From Callorhinchus milii (Eukaryota): 64,000 bases of DNA. Of this stretch, positions 1 to 12,870 are shown piece after piece; positions within the stretch are counted from its first letter, which is position 1; every line of letters starts with the position of its first letter. The notes under the pieces are model-generated. The model saw only the letters and a program-made list of their open reading frames with translations. It did no database searches and was not told the origin of the DNA. The position numbers and the translations under genes were made by a program. The stretch lies in assembly GCF_018977255.1 (NCBI RefSeq), contig NW_024704743.1:18850001-18914000 (forward strand), read 5' to 3'.

Positions 1-3000
1 TGACACACTCTGGCTCAGAAGCATTGAGCTGGAGTGTGAGTTAGACACACTCTGAGAAATAAGGAAGCGGGAGGAATTTCTGGATAGTTTTATCCTGAAC
101 TTGGTCGCACCCCATAGGAAAGCACAGGTACAGGAAGGGGAGGGTGCTACTGTCAGTGAGCAGAGTAGTGGAACCTTGGAGAGGAAGAGAAGGAGGTCCC
201 ACAGACACTGGTACTGTTGTATTTGATTCCTGTGAGCACAAGGAGAATGACTGTGTGAAGGAGAGCCACAATGCAAACCAAGGCACAGTGGAGCAGAAGG
301 CTGTCCGAAGCAGGGAAGAGCAGGTTAGAAATATAGTTGTGATAGGGGATTCAATTCTTAAGGGAATAGATGGCATCCTCTGTACCCAAGAACAAGAGTC
401 CCGAAAGGTGTGTTGCCTACCTGGTGCCAAGGAAAGGACATCTCGAAGCAGCTGAAGAGAAATTTGCAAATGGGAGGAGGCAGATCCAGTTGTCGTGGTC
501 CATGTTGGGACAAACAACATAGGAAAAAAACAGGAGGAAGTCCTGCAGAGGGAGTTTCAGGAGTCAGGAGCTAAATTAAATGACAGGACCTGAAGGGTAA
601 TAACCTCTGGATTGTTACCTAAACCACGTGCAAATTGAAATAGGGAGAAACAGATTAGGAACGTTAACATGTGGTTAAAGGATTGGTGTTGGAAAGAAGG
701 GTTCCACTTCACGGGACACTGGCACCAATACTGGGACAAGAAGCAGCTGTATAAATGGGATGGATTCCACGTGAACTGGAAGGGGACCCATGTCTTAGCG
801 GAAAGGGTAAATAGGGCTGTGGCAAAGGCTTTAACTAGTAAAGGGGGGTGGGAAGGAACAGAAGGAAATGACTCAAGCCAGACAAAAGTAAGAAATAAGG
901 AGAATATAAATGGTCAGGGAATTAATACAATTATAGAAGTGTGAAAAGACTGTCAAAAATAAAATGAGAGGAACAATTAATAATAATAAAGTAAACTGTC
1001 TGTACAGCAATGTGCACAGCCTCTGGGGAAAAAAAGGATAACCAGAGGCAATAATTCGTAGTGAGGAACCAGATATAATTGGGATTACTGAAACATGGCT
1101 ACAAAAAAGAATAGGACTGGAAATTAAACATTGTAGGGTATGATGTATTTAGAAAGTATAGAGATGGGAAACAGGGCGGTGGAGTAGCTGTACTTGTTAA
1201 GGATAACATCACGGCAGTCGAAAAAAGGGACATAGCCAACAGTAAGATAGAAACAGAATCTGTGTGGATATTGATAAAAGATAAGAAGGGATCAATCACA
1301 CAAATAGGGGTACTCTACAGACCACCTAACAGTGGAAGGGGGGTAGAGGAAGAAATATGCAAGCAAATTAGGGAAATGAGTAAAAGACATAGATTTCAAC
1401 TCCCCCCAAATAAATTGGCTAGAAGAGGTAGATAAGGTGGATAAGGGAATGGAGTTCCTTCAATGTGTACATAACTCCTTTCTTACCCAGTATGTAAGCG
1501 TCCCAACAAAGGGGAAATCCCTGCTGGATTTAGTAATGGGAAATGAACCAGAGCAGATGAGAGAAGTATGAGTAGGGGAACATCTAGGCAATAGCGATCA
1601 TAACTTAATAAGGTTTAAGATAAAGACTGAGAAGGACATGAGTATGATAAAGGGCAGGACAATAGATTGGAAAAAAGGTGATTTTGAGGGGATGGGAATG
1701 GAACTTGGGAAAATAAACTGGAAAACAATATTGGCAAAAAAAAGAGATAGAGCAGCAGTGGGAAACATTTAAAACAGTGATCAATAGAGTACAGGAGAAA
1801 TATATTCTGCTAAAAAGTAAGACAAAGCTAAATAATAATGAGACGCCATGGATGAATAAAGACATAAGGGCAAAGTTGAGACTCAGAAAAGAGGCGCTCA
1901 CTAAGTATGTAACCAACAAGGGAGAGCATAACAAAAAAGAATACAAAAAGGTCAGGAAATTAGTCAAAAAAACAATTAGGAAGGCAAAGAGGAATTATGA
2001 AATTATCAAGGAATATAAAAAGAAATAGTAAAATATTCTACAGACATAGAAATAACAAAAGAAAAATCAAAATAGGAATAGGGCCACGAAGGAATGGACA
2101 AGATAAGCTCACAGTCCACGACAGCGAAATGGCAGAGAAATATGAAATAATTACTTTGCCTCAGTATTCACCAGGGAGATGGATCAGGTGGTCATGACAG
2201 CAGAAGACAATGAAAATAATATAAATTCATTTAAGATACAAAGGGGAGATATAATCGAAAACTAATGAAACTCAGAGAGGATAAAACCCCTGGCCCAGAT
2301 GGATTACATCTGCGGATTTTAAAAGAATCGAGGGAAGTGACAGCAAAGGCACTATTACACATATATAATAACTCATTAGAAAAGGGAGTAGTGCCAGAGG
2401 CCTGGAGGATAGCTAATGTTATACCTATATTTTAAAAAAAGGGACATAGAACAAGCCCAGGGAACTATAGACCTGTCATCTTAACATCGGTGGTAGGAAA
2501 GCTAATGGAATCCTTATTGAAGGAGGTAATAGAAAAACATCTGGAAACGGAAAACATAATAAAGAACAGTCAGCACAGATTTCAAAAAGGAAGGTCATGC
2601 TTGACCAACATCACTGAATTCTTTGAAGGGGTAACAGAAAGAGTAGACAAGGGTAATGCGGTAAATTTAATATATTTAGATTTCCAAAAGGCGTTCGATA
2701 AGGTACCACATAATAGACTAATGAACAAGGTCAGAGCATTTGGAATCGGGAAAAATAGCAGAATGGCTAGCAAGCTGGCTACAAAACAGAAAGCAGAGAG
2801 TAGGGGTACAGGGTAGCTACTCAGACTGGCAGGGGGTGGGCAGTGGGGTTCCACAAGGATCGGTATTGGGACCACTGTTGTTCACAATATACATTAATGA
2901 TTTGGATTCGGGAATCAGCAGTACAATTTCAAAATTTGCAGATGACACCGAATTGGGGGGAATAGTTAATACAGTTAATACAAAGTCCTATAATTCAGTG

Positions 3001-4185
3001 GTTAGAGCACTCGCCTTGCAAGCGAGACACCTGGGTTCAATTCCAGGCAGGGCGAAACCTTGGGCAAGTTTCCTTACTCCACACGCATAATAATAATCCC
3101 TCCAAAACAAAAACAATAATAAATTGGTCATTTTCAATTCACAACTGTTTGTGGGACACAATGTGTTTGTGCGCAATTGGCTGTGGCGTTTTGTCTACAA
3201 ATATACAATCAATTCACTTTACAGTCTATTCTGTGAAGCGCTTTGAGATGTCTAGAAGATGTGAAAAGCGCTATATCAAATCCAAGGATTATTATTATTA
3301 TTAGAGGAGGCCTGCAACAAATTACAGCAAGACACAAATAAACTTGCTGAATGGGTATTTAAATGGCAAATGCATTTCAATGTAGAAAGGTGTGAGGTGG
3401 TACATTTTGGTAGAAGGAATAAGGAAGTCACATACATCCTGGAAAATAAAAACCTAAATGGGGTAGAGGAGCAAAGAGATCTAGGGGTACACATACACAA
3501 TTCGCTAAAAGTAGCAACGCAGGTTACTAAGGCCATAAAAAAGCAAACAAGGCATTGGGGATCATTTCTCGAGGGATAGAATTGAAAAGCAGGGAAGTTA
3601 TGGTAAATTTCTAAAGAACCGTGGTTAGACCACACTTAGAATACTGTGTGCAGTTCTGGTCCCCACATTACAGAAGGGGTATAGAGGTACTGGAGAGGGT
3701 GCAAAGGAGATTCACAAGGATGATCCCAGAACCCATCAGGAAAGGCTGAACATACTTGGACTCTTTTCTCTTGAAAAGAGGAGGGTAAGAGGTGACCTGA
3801 TAGAGGTCTTTAAAATGATGACAGGTTTTGATAGAGTAGACATAGGGAAGATGTTTCCACTTGTGAGGGAGACCAAAACCAGAGGCCGTGAATATATAAA
3901 ATAGCCACAAATAGATCAAATAGGGAAGTTAGAAGAAATTTCTCCATGAAGAGAGTAGTGGGAATGTGGAACATGCTACCACAAGGAATTGTTGAGGCAA
4001 ATAGCATAGATGTATTTAAGGGAAAGCTAAATAGTTACATGAGGGGGAAAGGAATAGAAGGTTATGCTTGAAGGCTTAGTTGAGGAAGGGCAGGAGGAGG
4101 CTCATGTGGAGCATAAACACCGGCATAGACCAGTTAGGCCGAATGGCTTATTTCTGTGCTATATATTCTAATGTATTCTAATGTA
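1..4185 (+). mobile_element. Near-full-length, decayed CR1-clade LINE (continues off the left edge), with ORF1 SGNH-esterase and ORF2 APE endonuclease plus reverse transcriptase, both frameshifted
   Basis: ORF1 motifs: IVVIGDSILKGID (~331-370), VVVHVGTNNIG (~490-523), DGFH (~759-770). ORF2 endonuclease motifs: DIIGITETWL (1072-1101), YRPPN, SDH (~1593). RT motifs: [41 protein letters not shown]-terminal RDLGV and [17 protein letters not shown] motifs. CR1-type 3' end with (ATTCTAATGT)x2 at ~4165-4184. Confidence 0.95.
2983..3303 (+). mobile_element. Family-B tRNA-SINE (short variant) inserted into the CR1 RT region
   Basis: tRNA-like head with A/B boxes, Deu-like 3' body and (ATT)n tail. CR1 coding sequence stops just after SKFADDT and resumes at ~3304. 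Confidence 0.92.
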
Positions 4186-4261
4186 ATTCCTCCGCCTTGC
4201 CCCCTATCTTTTTCAAATCCTGCCTTGGAGGGTGCTATATAAGTGCACATTGTTGTTGTTC

Positions 4262-4564
4262 ATTGATTTAATTCCTGGGTGGGGCAAATCCTTAGGTAAA
4301 TTTCCTTACTCCAGATGCCTGTTTACTGAGCAGTAAGGAGGAACCCGATTATTAGCTGATTGGTAGATCTCTTTTCAAGGGGTAATAATACCCTCAAAAA
4401 AAAAGATTTGGTCACTCAATCCACGACTGTTCACTCGATCCATTGCTGTGCGCAATTGACTGCCACATTTAGTCCACAAAATACAATCCATTCACTTTAC
4501 AATATATTCTGTAAAACATATCAACGACGTGATAAGGCGCTATATCAAATGCAAGGATTATTAT
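4262..4564 (+). mobile_element. Family-B SINE (long variant, degenerate 5' end), flanked by short L2 3'-end fragments (~4186-4261 + and ~4565-4710 -)
   Basis: Matches the other family-B copies (tttccttactcca...gcagtaag..ggaacccg...tgtgcgcaattg...gcgctatatcaaatgcaaggattatt). Confidence 0.8.
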
Positions 4565-5194
4565 ACAGCACCTTTCACATTGGGAGGCACATTCCAAAGC
4601 ACTTGACAACACTGGTTCGCCATTAAAGCTGAGGGTGGGAGTTGAGTGGGTTGGGGAAGGGAAAGATGACTTCACAATCAAAAAGGCATAGCTTGAAAGA
4701 GGTAAAGATAGGTAAACATTTTTAGGATTTCAAAGTTTTCCCAAGGTCAGCGACAATTTATGGCAGTGAATAAATCAGATTTTATTTTACTAAGCACTAG
4801 GATTTAGTTAAAATTCAGTACAATTATTGCTGATCAGTAAATGTAACCACTTTATTCCATTCAGCAGTTATTTGAAAAGTAAATGGTGAACCCATTAAAA
4901 TCAGTTTTATCAGATAGATGTTGCCAATTTCTTTCACGACTCTCAAGAGAATATGGAAGTAAAATATCATAAATTTAATTCAGTTCTTTAATCTCTGTTA
5001 TTGATTCGTTCTTTTTGATCTCTGCCACTTTTCTCCTTCCCCACTCCTCTTCTAAAGCTAAAACCATAGTAACTTATAGCACAGAAGAAGGCCATTTGGC
5101 CCATCGTGAACATTCCATGTTCTGACGTGGGCTTTGAACTCACAATCTTCCAACTGAGAGGCGAGAGTGCTACCACTGTACCTGCGGACACACA

Positions 5195-5362
5195 AACCAT
5201 TACCCCCGGAAAGCAATCCACCAATCGACTATCAACCGAGTTCCTACTTAATGCTAGGTAAACGGAGGCATTTGCGGGTAAGGAAACTTGCCTAAAGTTT
5301 CGCCCCGCCCAGATCCTCTCGCTTGCAAGTCGAGCGCTCTAACCACTATGCTACGGGATTCA
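5195..5362 (-). mobile_element. Family-B SINE 5' half (long variant)
   Basis: Reverse complement of the tRNA head and the aggaaacttgcc / gttcctactta segment. Confidence 0.8.
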
Positions 5363-6639
5363 TAAATGAAACAATATGACAATGCATTAAGATATGAAAG
5401 AAGATAGTTTTGTATCTCAATAGTACTTCACTAATAAATTGTATTGTTCCTGCCCAGCTTGGACCATTAGAGAGTTTGCTTCAGCAACCCTAGTGCACTA
5501 GGATTTGAACCTTGTTGCTCTTTATGCCAGGATTTTTTTTGACCTAATATAATGATGACATACACAAAAATAGACACCAGAGATGCGCTGTGTCATCAGG
5601 CTGCTTAATTTAAATTGCGGTCTCAGCACTAGATAACTTGAGTACAGAATTGGCAAGCCTCAAGCAAGACTTTAGGTTAGAGAAATTATTTTAGCCATAA
5701 TGTAGGAGATCCATGGAATGGATTAATTAGTCAATCTAAATTAAACTTTGCTTATTTTGAAGCTAGGGAGACAGGATTATGCAGAGTGTGGGGGTGGGGG
5801 TTGAATAGAGGGATGTGGCATAAAATGTACCTCAATCTACAAAGTGAAAACTAGCAGCCAAATTGTGCTCTCTTTTGAGCACCCTTGGTAAAGATGGTCA
5901 AATAATAAGTGGAGTATCTTCTGCCTTCTGGGGCTTAAGATATTGCAAACATAACCTGGAGAAAGGGGAAAAATTGTTTTTTTCCCCCAAAGAATGTTAG
6001 ATTGGCGCGAAAATAGCTGTTCCACAATTGTCACATCTAAGCTGTTATGAAATTTTGCATTTTTCACCCCATTTCTGTAGTCATTGATGCACCAATGAAA
6101 CAATAATGTGTTGAGCAACCCATTAAAGGGCCATTAGTAAGGTGCATAAAGTTCTGATGTCCACAAAGGGGGCTATATCACAACTAGAATTGAAAATTCG
6201 TTGCTATCTTGGCTTTGCAGCCCAAGCTCTCTGATCCTTAATTCCCCTAATAATAATAAATACCCCCCACCTCATGAAATGCCCTGAAATACTCAGTTTG
6301 TGATGATACCATCTTATATTCTTTATTCTACAAAAAGATTGATGGGTGATTGCTGCAATAAGATTAATAGCCCCTATAAAAATATTTATATGTGTAACTG
6401 TTTCTTATGCAGCTTTTGTGATTTTGGACCAAGATTTATTATACTCCATTGCTGCACATTTCATTTGCATTCATAAATGTTTAATGCACTGATGTAAGTA
6501 TTTGGTTCATAGATTGAATACGATAATGGTAGTTTGTTCCATGAAGAGGACGCATTATACATTTATATTAGTGATATATTTTATTTGCTACTGAAAACTA
6601 AATATTACACAGTATTTGAACATTAAACCAGAAGGGATA

Positions 6640-7335
6640 GAGAATGTTTTTGATTCTAGACTATAGATTTAAATCCAACACAGACAGATGGATGAAAAAT
6701 TCCCTTTCTGATGCTGTTAATTCAAATGGAATAGTCAGAATAAAACTGCGAAGAATTCAACACAAGTTGTGATAAAAGGCAATGTCATTCAAAGAAGTCA
6801 CTGATATCAGGATTAGAATGTGACAAAGCTACAGTAGAATGTGCATGAGTGAAGTTAGGTTAAGATGCACTCATAGTCTTGAGCTCAAAGTCTAACCTGA
6901 CAATCCAGTGCAATGCTGGGGAGTGCTTTATTGTCCAAGTTGCCGTCCTTCAGATGAGACATTAAATGAAAGTCCCATCTGCCTAGTCAGGTGAATTTCA
7001 AAGATCCCACAGCATCATTCGAAATGAGAAGGGAGTAAGATAGCCAACAATCCCCATTGGTCAGTCGCTTCATGGCTGTTTGTGGGACATTGCTATGTGC
7101 AATTTGGTTTTCACTTTACAGTATATATCCTGTGACATGCTTTGAGATACACTGATGATGGAATAAGGTCCCATATTAAAAGTAAAGATTATTGTAATAA
7201 ATGAAGCAATGTAGAGGAAGCTTTACTCTACATTTACCCTGTACTGTGAATGATCAGCTGATGCTTGCTGGCACTGTGTGCAAAATGTTCTCCATTTCAT
7301 AGCAGCAACATTCTTCAATTTGATTAGAACATCCA
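6640..7335 (+). mobile_element. Old LF-SINE-like relic containing a nested family-A (Deu) SINE at ~6875-7200
   Basis: gcaatgtagaggaagctttactctacatttaccctgtactg (~7206-7246) resembles the recalled LF-SINE 3' region. The nested segment matches family A. Confidence 0.45.
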
Positions 7336-7467
7336 AACAAAGAATGACAGTGTTAGGGAACTGAAAACTTTTTGTATCCAATGTCTGGTAAATCTTCTCA
7401 ACATAACATCCTCTGTTACTCTATGTGCAAGTAACTTTCAGTGCTAATTCACAGTTTGAGCCAGACA

Positions 7468-7852
7468 GTAATAATAATAATAATTCTTGCATTTGATATA
7501 GCGCCTTATCAAATCTTCAAGACATCTCAAACGCTTCATAGAATATACTGGAAAGTGAATTGACTGTACATTTTGTTGGCGAAACACGGTAGCCAATTGT
7601 ACACAGCAGTGTCCCACAAACATTCGTGGATTGAATGACCATATTATTATTATTTATTGTTTTTTTGGAAGGGAATATTACCCCCCGAAAAACAATCCAC
7701 CAATCGATTAACAATTGGGTTCCTACTTATTGCTAGGTAAACAGAGGCGTGTGGAGTAAGAAAACTTACCTAATGTTTCATCCTGCTGGGAATCGAACTC
7801 AGGTCCTCTCGCTTGCGAGGCGAGTGCTCAAACCTATACACTACAAGACTCC
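7468..7852 (-). mobile_element. Family-B SINE, full length, long variant
   Basis: (AAT)n tail at left, Deu-like body, internal gttcctacttattgctaggtaaacagaggcg segment, tRNA head ending ...agactcc. Confidence 0.92.
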
Positions 7853-8919
7853 ACAGTATCCTATGAAGTGACATTCAAATGATGTACTTCGCAAGAGCAA
7901 TAGAGGTGGACAATGGCTTCGGGCTGGATTTGAACCCTTCCACTGAGCTTAAGTTGGAGGGAGGAAGGGAAGTAGTTTCACAACCATGAGCCATCGATAA
8001 TCATTGACTGGTTTAGATTGCAATTAAAAGTAATGTAAACAATGTTGCATTTTTCACCCTTATGTTGCAAAGGCATCCACCCTCATCTTCTGTACTTTAG
8101 TCATGACCCAATGTATAGAACTGCAGACCATATTTGTGGGCAAATGTAGTGGCCAATTTTATACACAACAGTGTCTCACAAATAGTCATAAATTAAATGG
8201 TCGATTTATGTGAAGGATTGTTGGTCCAGACATCAGGAAAAAACTCCTTTTACTTTTTGAACAAGCTCATGGGATCTTTAATTTCAACCTTAAAAGGCAG
8301 AAAGGATCTAAGTTTAAAATTGTGTATGAAGGACTGAATCTCCAACAGTGATGGAGGGTCTAACCCTTCCACTGAACTGAATTTTGAGGGAGGAAGGGAA
8401 GTAGTTTCACAGCCATGAACATTAATAATCATTGACTGTTAGCAGTGATCTAAAAATAATTTAAAAAATAATATTTTTTTTAAAAAAAAGAATAATTTGG
8501 GCATTAAAAGAATGACTGACTATTTGTGGGACACTGCTGTGCGAAATTGGCTGACACATTTTGTAACAAACAATATATTCTGTGAAGTGCTTTGAAAAAT
8601 CTCGAAGACGTGATAAGGCGCTATATCAAATGCAAGTATTATTATTGTTACGGCCCTGAACTGTGTCTGCCCAGAATATGGGTCTGAATTCGTAACATGG
8701 CACTTGAACCCACGAATATTAAAAACTGAGCAGAGCTGACACCTTAAAAAAATTTACTTTATTTAAATCAATTCAATCTTTTGCCTCTGTATGGAGCCGT
8801 ATCCATGTGGTATATTCCTTCTTTACAGAAGTAAGTTTTATATCGGCCTTAATAGCATTCATATTTAGCTGTGATCTAAAATGGTTGCTGGGCTTAAATA
8901 ATCAGTACTGTACATGCAG

Positions 8920-9340
8920 AATCACATCGCCATGCATAAGATTATCCAAACCAGACTGAGTATTCCATGCAAGCTGCATACACATGGGAAATTCCCATGT
9001 TTGGCATGGAATGCACACTCCCTGGAGGGAAGCATCCTGCTTACCTAATTCTGGAAAGCGTCAGGCCAAGGCTTGGGGATCCCAGAGGGGTACTGTGTTG
9101 GGGTACTGCTGGAGTCTAACCAGCTAAAACTGCTTGACATTGAAAGCACTGTCTGGCAAACTTACCACTGTTTGTCCAGCTAGTCCACCTTAACCGCTAA
9201 CCGGAGCTAAGTGGGAAAAATCACGTCCTCAGTGACCGGTCTGCCCCTTCAGGTGCTATCGATAAGGCAGCCTGGTTGGTCTGTCATCACCAATCCCATG
9301 TAGTACTGCGAACCTGCCTGGCTCGGGAACTGGACGACTG
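8920..9340 (-). repeat. Unclassified dispersed repeat family U, longest copy (strand defined relative to the 50.2-50.5 kb copy)
   Basis: Reverse-complement similarity to 17717-17865, 46490-46725 and 50200-50500. The 9145-9330 part resembles 31635-31865. Confidence 0.7.
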
Positions 9341-9849
9341 AGATTGCCACAGAGGATTGATTCAATTCTGACAATCCGTTGATAAACACTTCAGCTAGTC
9401 AAGCCTAGTATGTTTCCCCTCACCCAAGGAGGACAGTCACTATATTGTCATTTGATATCCACCACACGTAAGTTTAAGCCCTCACTACGTACATGTCTGG
9501 TGGTGGTGGGTAACAATAACGGTGTACAACAACAACAAAATTACATTTGTATAGAGTCTTTCACATCGGGAGGATGGTGACCAGGCACTTTACCAATGCA
9601 AAGCACCACTCTAACTGTAAGCATATTGACTTACTAATTCTTGCATTAATATAGCGCCTTTATTGGGAAGAGGTCTCAAAGCTCCTCAAAGGATTTATTG
9701 AATGTATTGACTCCATTCTGTAGGTGAACACAGCAGCCAATTTGAAGTGATTGATCCAATTTATTTGGTAATTGTTCTTACCTGAAGAACTCGCTTCTGT
9801 AATAAGCATTTAAGAATGTTACATATTATGAGGGACCCATAAAAGACCA

Positions 9850-10230
9850 ATAATAATAATATTTATAATAATCTTTGCATTTGCTATAGCTCCTTATCAC
9901 ATCTTCAAGATGTTTCAAAATGCTTCACAGAATATACTGTAAGTGAATTGACTGTGTATATTGTGGGCGAAACATGGCGTCCAATTGTGCACAGCAATGT
10001 CCCATAAACAGTTATGGATCGAGTGATCAATTTTTTTTTGTTTTGAATGGATTATTACCCCCAGAAAAGCAATCTGCTTATAGACTAACAACCAGGTTCC
10101 TACTTACTGTTAGATAAACAGAGGCTTGCGGAGTAAGGAAACTTGCCTAATGTTTCTCCCTGCTTGGGAATTGAACCCAGGTTCTCTCGTTTGCGAGGGG
10201 AGTGCTCTAACCACAAAGCTACAGGACTCC
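9850..10230 (-). mobile_element. Family-B SINE, full length, long variant, followed 3' by a flank shared with the 44.8 kb copy
   Basis: Head ends ...acaggactcc (10230), tail (AAT)n at ~9850-9880. Confidence 0.92.
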
Positions 10231-11307
10231 ATAAGGCTGTCCAAGGTAGCTCACCCTGAATTTTGCTCTTCCTCCCAAATCTGACATGGGCGTATCGGCA
10301 TTCAGTAGCTGACAGCAGACTGAATTCTTCTCACTTGTGAATAGGCATCAGCCTGGCTCATTTAATTGCACTCTGATTCAGAAGCTAGTGTTGGCAAGTC
10401 CCATATTGGAACTTTGAACTGTGGGAAACAAGCTTATCAGAAAGCTCAAAAAAACATCCTGGATCACCATCGAGGCAACGTAGAAATATTGGATTAATAA
10501 AACGTCTATTTGCATGAAAAATAAAGGGAGATTCATGAAACACTGACCCACAGCTGATGCCCTTTCCCCAGGCACAAGCATTGTGGCAACACTGCATTCA
10601 CATATAACTTGCAATCTCATGGTACTGGCTTCAGTTACCTCAGGGTTGTAAAAATATACAGGTAAACTCATATAAGTCATATCAGTCGGGACCGTAACAT
10701 TTAATCTGATTTACATGAGGATTCTGTACCTCATCAATGCAGCCGATGATGCTAGTTAGGGGATGACTTGTATTAAGATTTAGGATTATTTGGAACTAAG
10801 ACATCATTACGATTTAGTCGTTTACCCGACTTGTAAAATATGACTAGTGCAAAGAAATCTAAGCGATTTTTCTGTAGGAAACTGAATGGGACTTGGACAC
10901 GTGTATAATATATCCGGTAACACGATTTATAACAACTTATCCAAGTTTGCCTGCATTCTCTGAATAAATAAAATATATTTTACCTTAAGTTAATCAACTC
11001 ACTTTCAGCATCAACTCAGCTACTGATGCTTTCTCTAAAACAATACAGACTAATTACAATGTGTCTGTCAGTTCATTATAATGAGAACCAAGCAAGCATA
11101 AAACATACATTTTATGCCTAAAAATTAAACTGTGAAAACTGACTTTTTTTTTGCTGTTATTTTTTCACAGATAGGGGTTGTAATTGTAATTTCTAGACTT
11201 AATTCAAACTGCTTGCTGTCACTTTAGCAATTAATTTTCAACAAATTTCCCCTGCCTTCTTCTAGCCGATTATAACTGAGAATTCTTCTCACTTGTGAAT
11301 AGGCATC

Positions 11308-11575
11308 AGCCTGGCTCATTTAATTGCACTCTGATTCAGGAGCTAGTGCTGGCAAGTCCCATGTTGAAACTTTGAACTCCAGACTCTCAGCAGTGCCGCA
11401 CTGTTGGGTGATATTAAACTTCCTGTTCAAGTGGACAGTAAACATCCCATGGTACTACAGCATTTGCAAAGAGAAGGGAGTTTCTCCAGGAGTTCTGTCC
11501 AACAACCCCCAGATAAAATTGATCATTCAATTCAACATAGCTGTTTGTGGGACATTGCTGTGTGCAAATGATATA
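11308..11575 (+). mobile_element. Family-A (Deu-domain) SINE, internally deleted
   Basis: tcagcctggctca head, cctgttcaagtggac...catcccatgg, gctgtttgtgggacattgctgtgtgcaaat. Confidence 0.75.
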
Positions 11576-11584
11576 TCTTTACGA

Positions 11585-12870
11585 AAGTTTACAAAGAATG
11601 TACTGGCCCAATTGTCCTGGTCTTTTTACTGCACATGAGTCCTCACCCATTCTTAACTACCTCCCATGCCCTTTTATTCCTATCTCCTTCATGTATAGCT
11701 TCCTCTTGAATGTACCTGTCCTATCTGATTCAACCATCGCTTTAGATAGCGAATTCCACAATCTCACTACTGTCTGCATGAATTACTTCCTACTAAATTC
11801 TCTTTTAGATCCCCTAGTCGCTATCTTATATTTGTGTCCCCGGTTACAGACTCCGCAACCAGTGGAAACAGCCTATTTATGTTAACCTTATTGAACCCTT
11901 TAGTAATTTTAATACTTCTATTAGGTTCCACCATAATCGTCTCTTCTTTAGCAAAAAAAGCCTTACTTATCCAGTCCATCCTGATAGCAGTAACCTGCCA
12001 TATTTAGTTCCATCCTTGTAAACCCACTCTGTACTATTTCCACCACTGTTGTATACTTCTTATAGTTTGGAGAACAGAATTTGACAAAATACTCCAAATG
12101 TAGGCCAACAAAGATTTTGTATAAATTTAACATGACCTCCTCATTTTATATTCCAACTCTCAGGCTATAAAGCCTAAGACCCTCAATGTTTTTTTTCATA
12201 GATATATCCACTTGTGTAGTTACTTCTAGAGATTTGTGGATCCCCAAATCTCTATGCTCCTCTACTCCTCTTAGGTTCTTACCATCTAGACTATCAGCAA
12301 CTTCTTTATTTTTCCCTCTGAAGTGAATTACATTAAATTGCATTCCTACATTAAAATTAATTTGCCGTCTATCTGCCCATTATAATAATAATAATCCTTG
12401 CATTTGATATAGCGCTTTTTACGTCGGGAGGACGTCCCAAAGCGCTTCACAGAACACACTGTAAAGTGAATTGACTATATTTGTGGGCGAACTCGGCAGC
12501 CAATTGCGCACAGCAATGTCCCACAAACAGTCGTAGATTGAAAATGACCAATTTATTATTGGTTTTGGAGGGATTATTATTAGGTGTGTGGAGTAAGGAA
12601 ACTTGCCCAAGGTTTTGCCCTCTGCCTGGAATTGAACTCAGGTCTCTCGTTTGCAAAGCGAGTGCTCTAACCACTGACCTACAGGACTCCGCAACTCCAT
12701 TCTGCTAGCTTGTTTATGTCTTCCTGTGTTCTTCTATTATCCACTTCACTGTTTATCATGCTCCGCAGTTTGGTGTATTTGGTGCAAATTTTGACACCGC
12801 ACCTCTTATACCTGACTCCAAATCATTTATGTGTATGCTGTATAATAGCAGCCCTAACATGTGATCTAAA
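11585..12870 (-). mobile_element. CR1 LINE 3' fragment, split by a family-B SINE
   Basis: Minus-strand peptides LGLLLYSIHINDL...VSKFA and MQFNVIHF...GVEEHRDLGIH are homologous to CR1 ORF2 at 2860-3520. Confidence 0.88.
12383..12690 (-). mobile_element. Family-B SINE, young short variant, full length
   Basis: Near-identical to 57961-58282 and 63418-63727. Its tail carries the L2-type ctccc loop. Confidence 0.95.

Noticed and set aside
2965..2982. GTTAATACA duplication as the SINE target-site duplication
   Set aside because: Both copies lie in tandem on the 5' side of the SINE rather than flanking it.
10385..10597. ORF beginning MQCC, like the beta-2a N-terminus
   Set aside because: It is on the wrong strand, lies upstream of the gene, has a non-ATG start and shows no further similarity.
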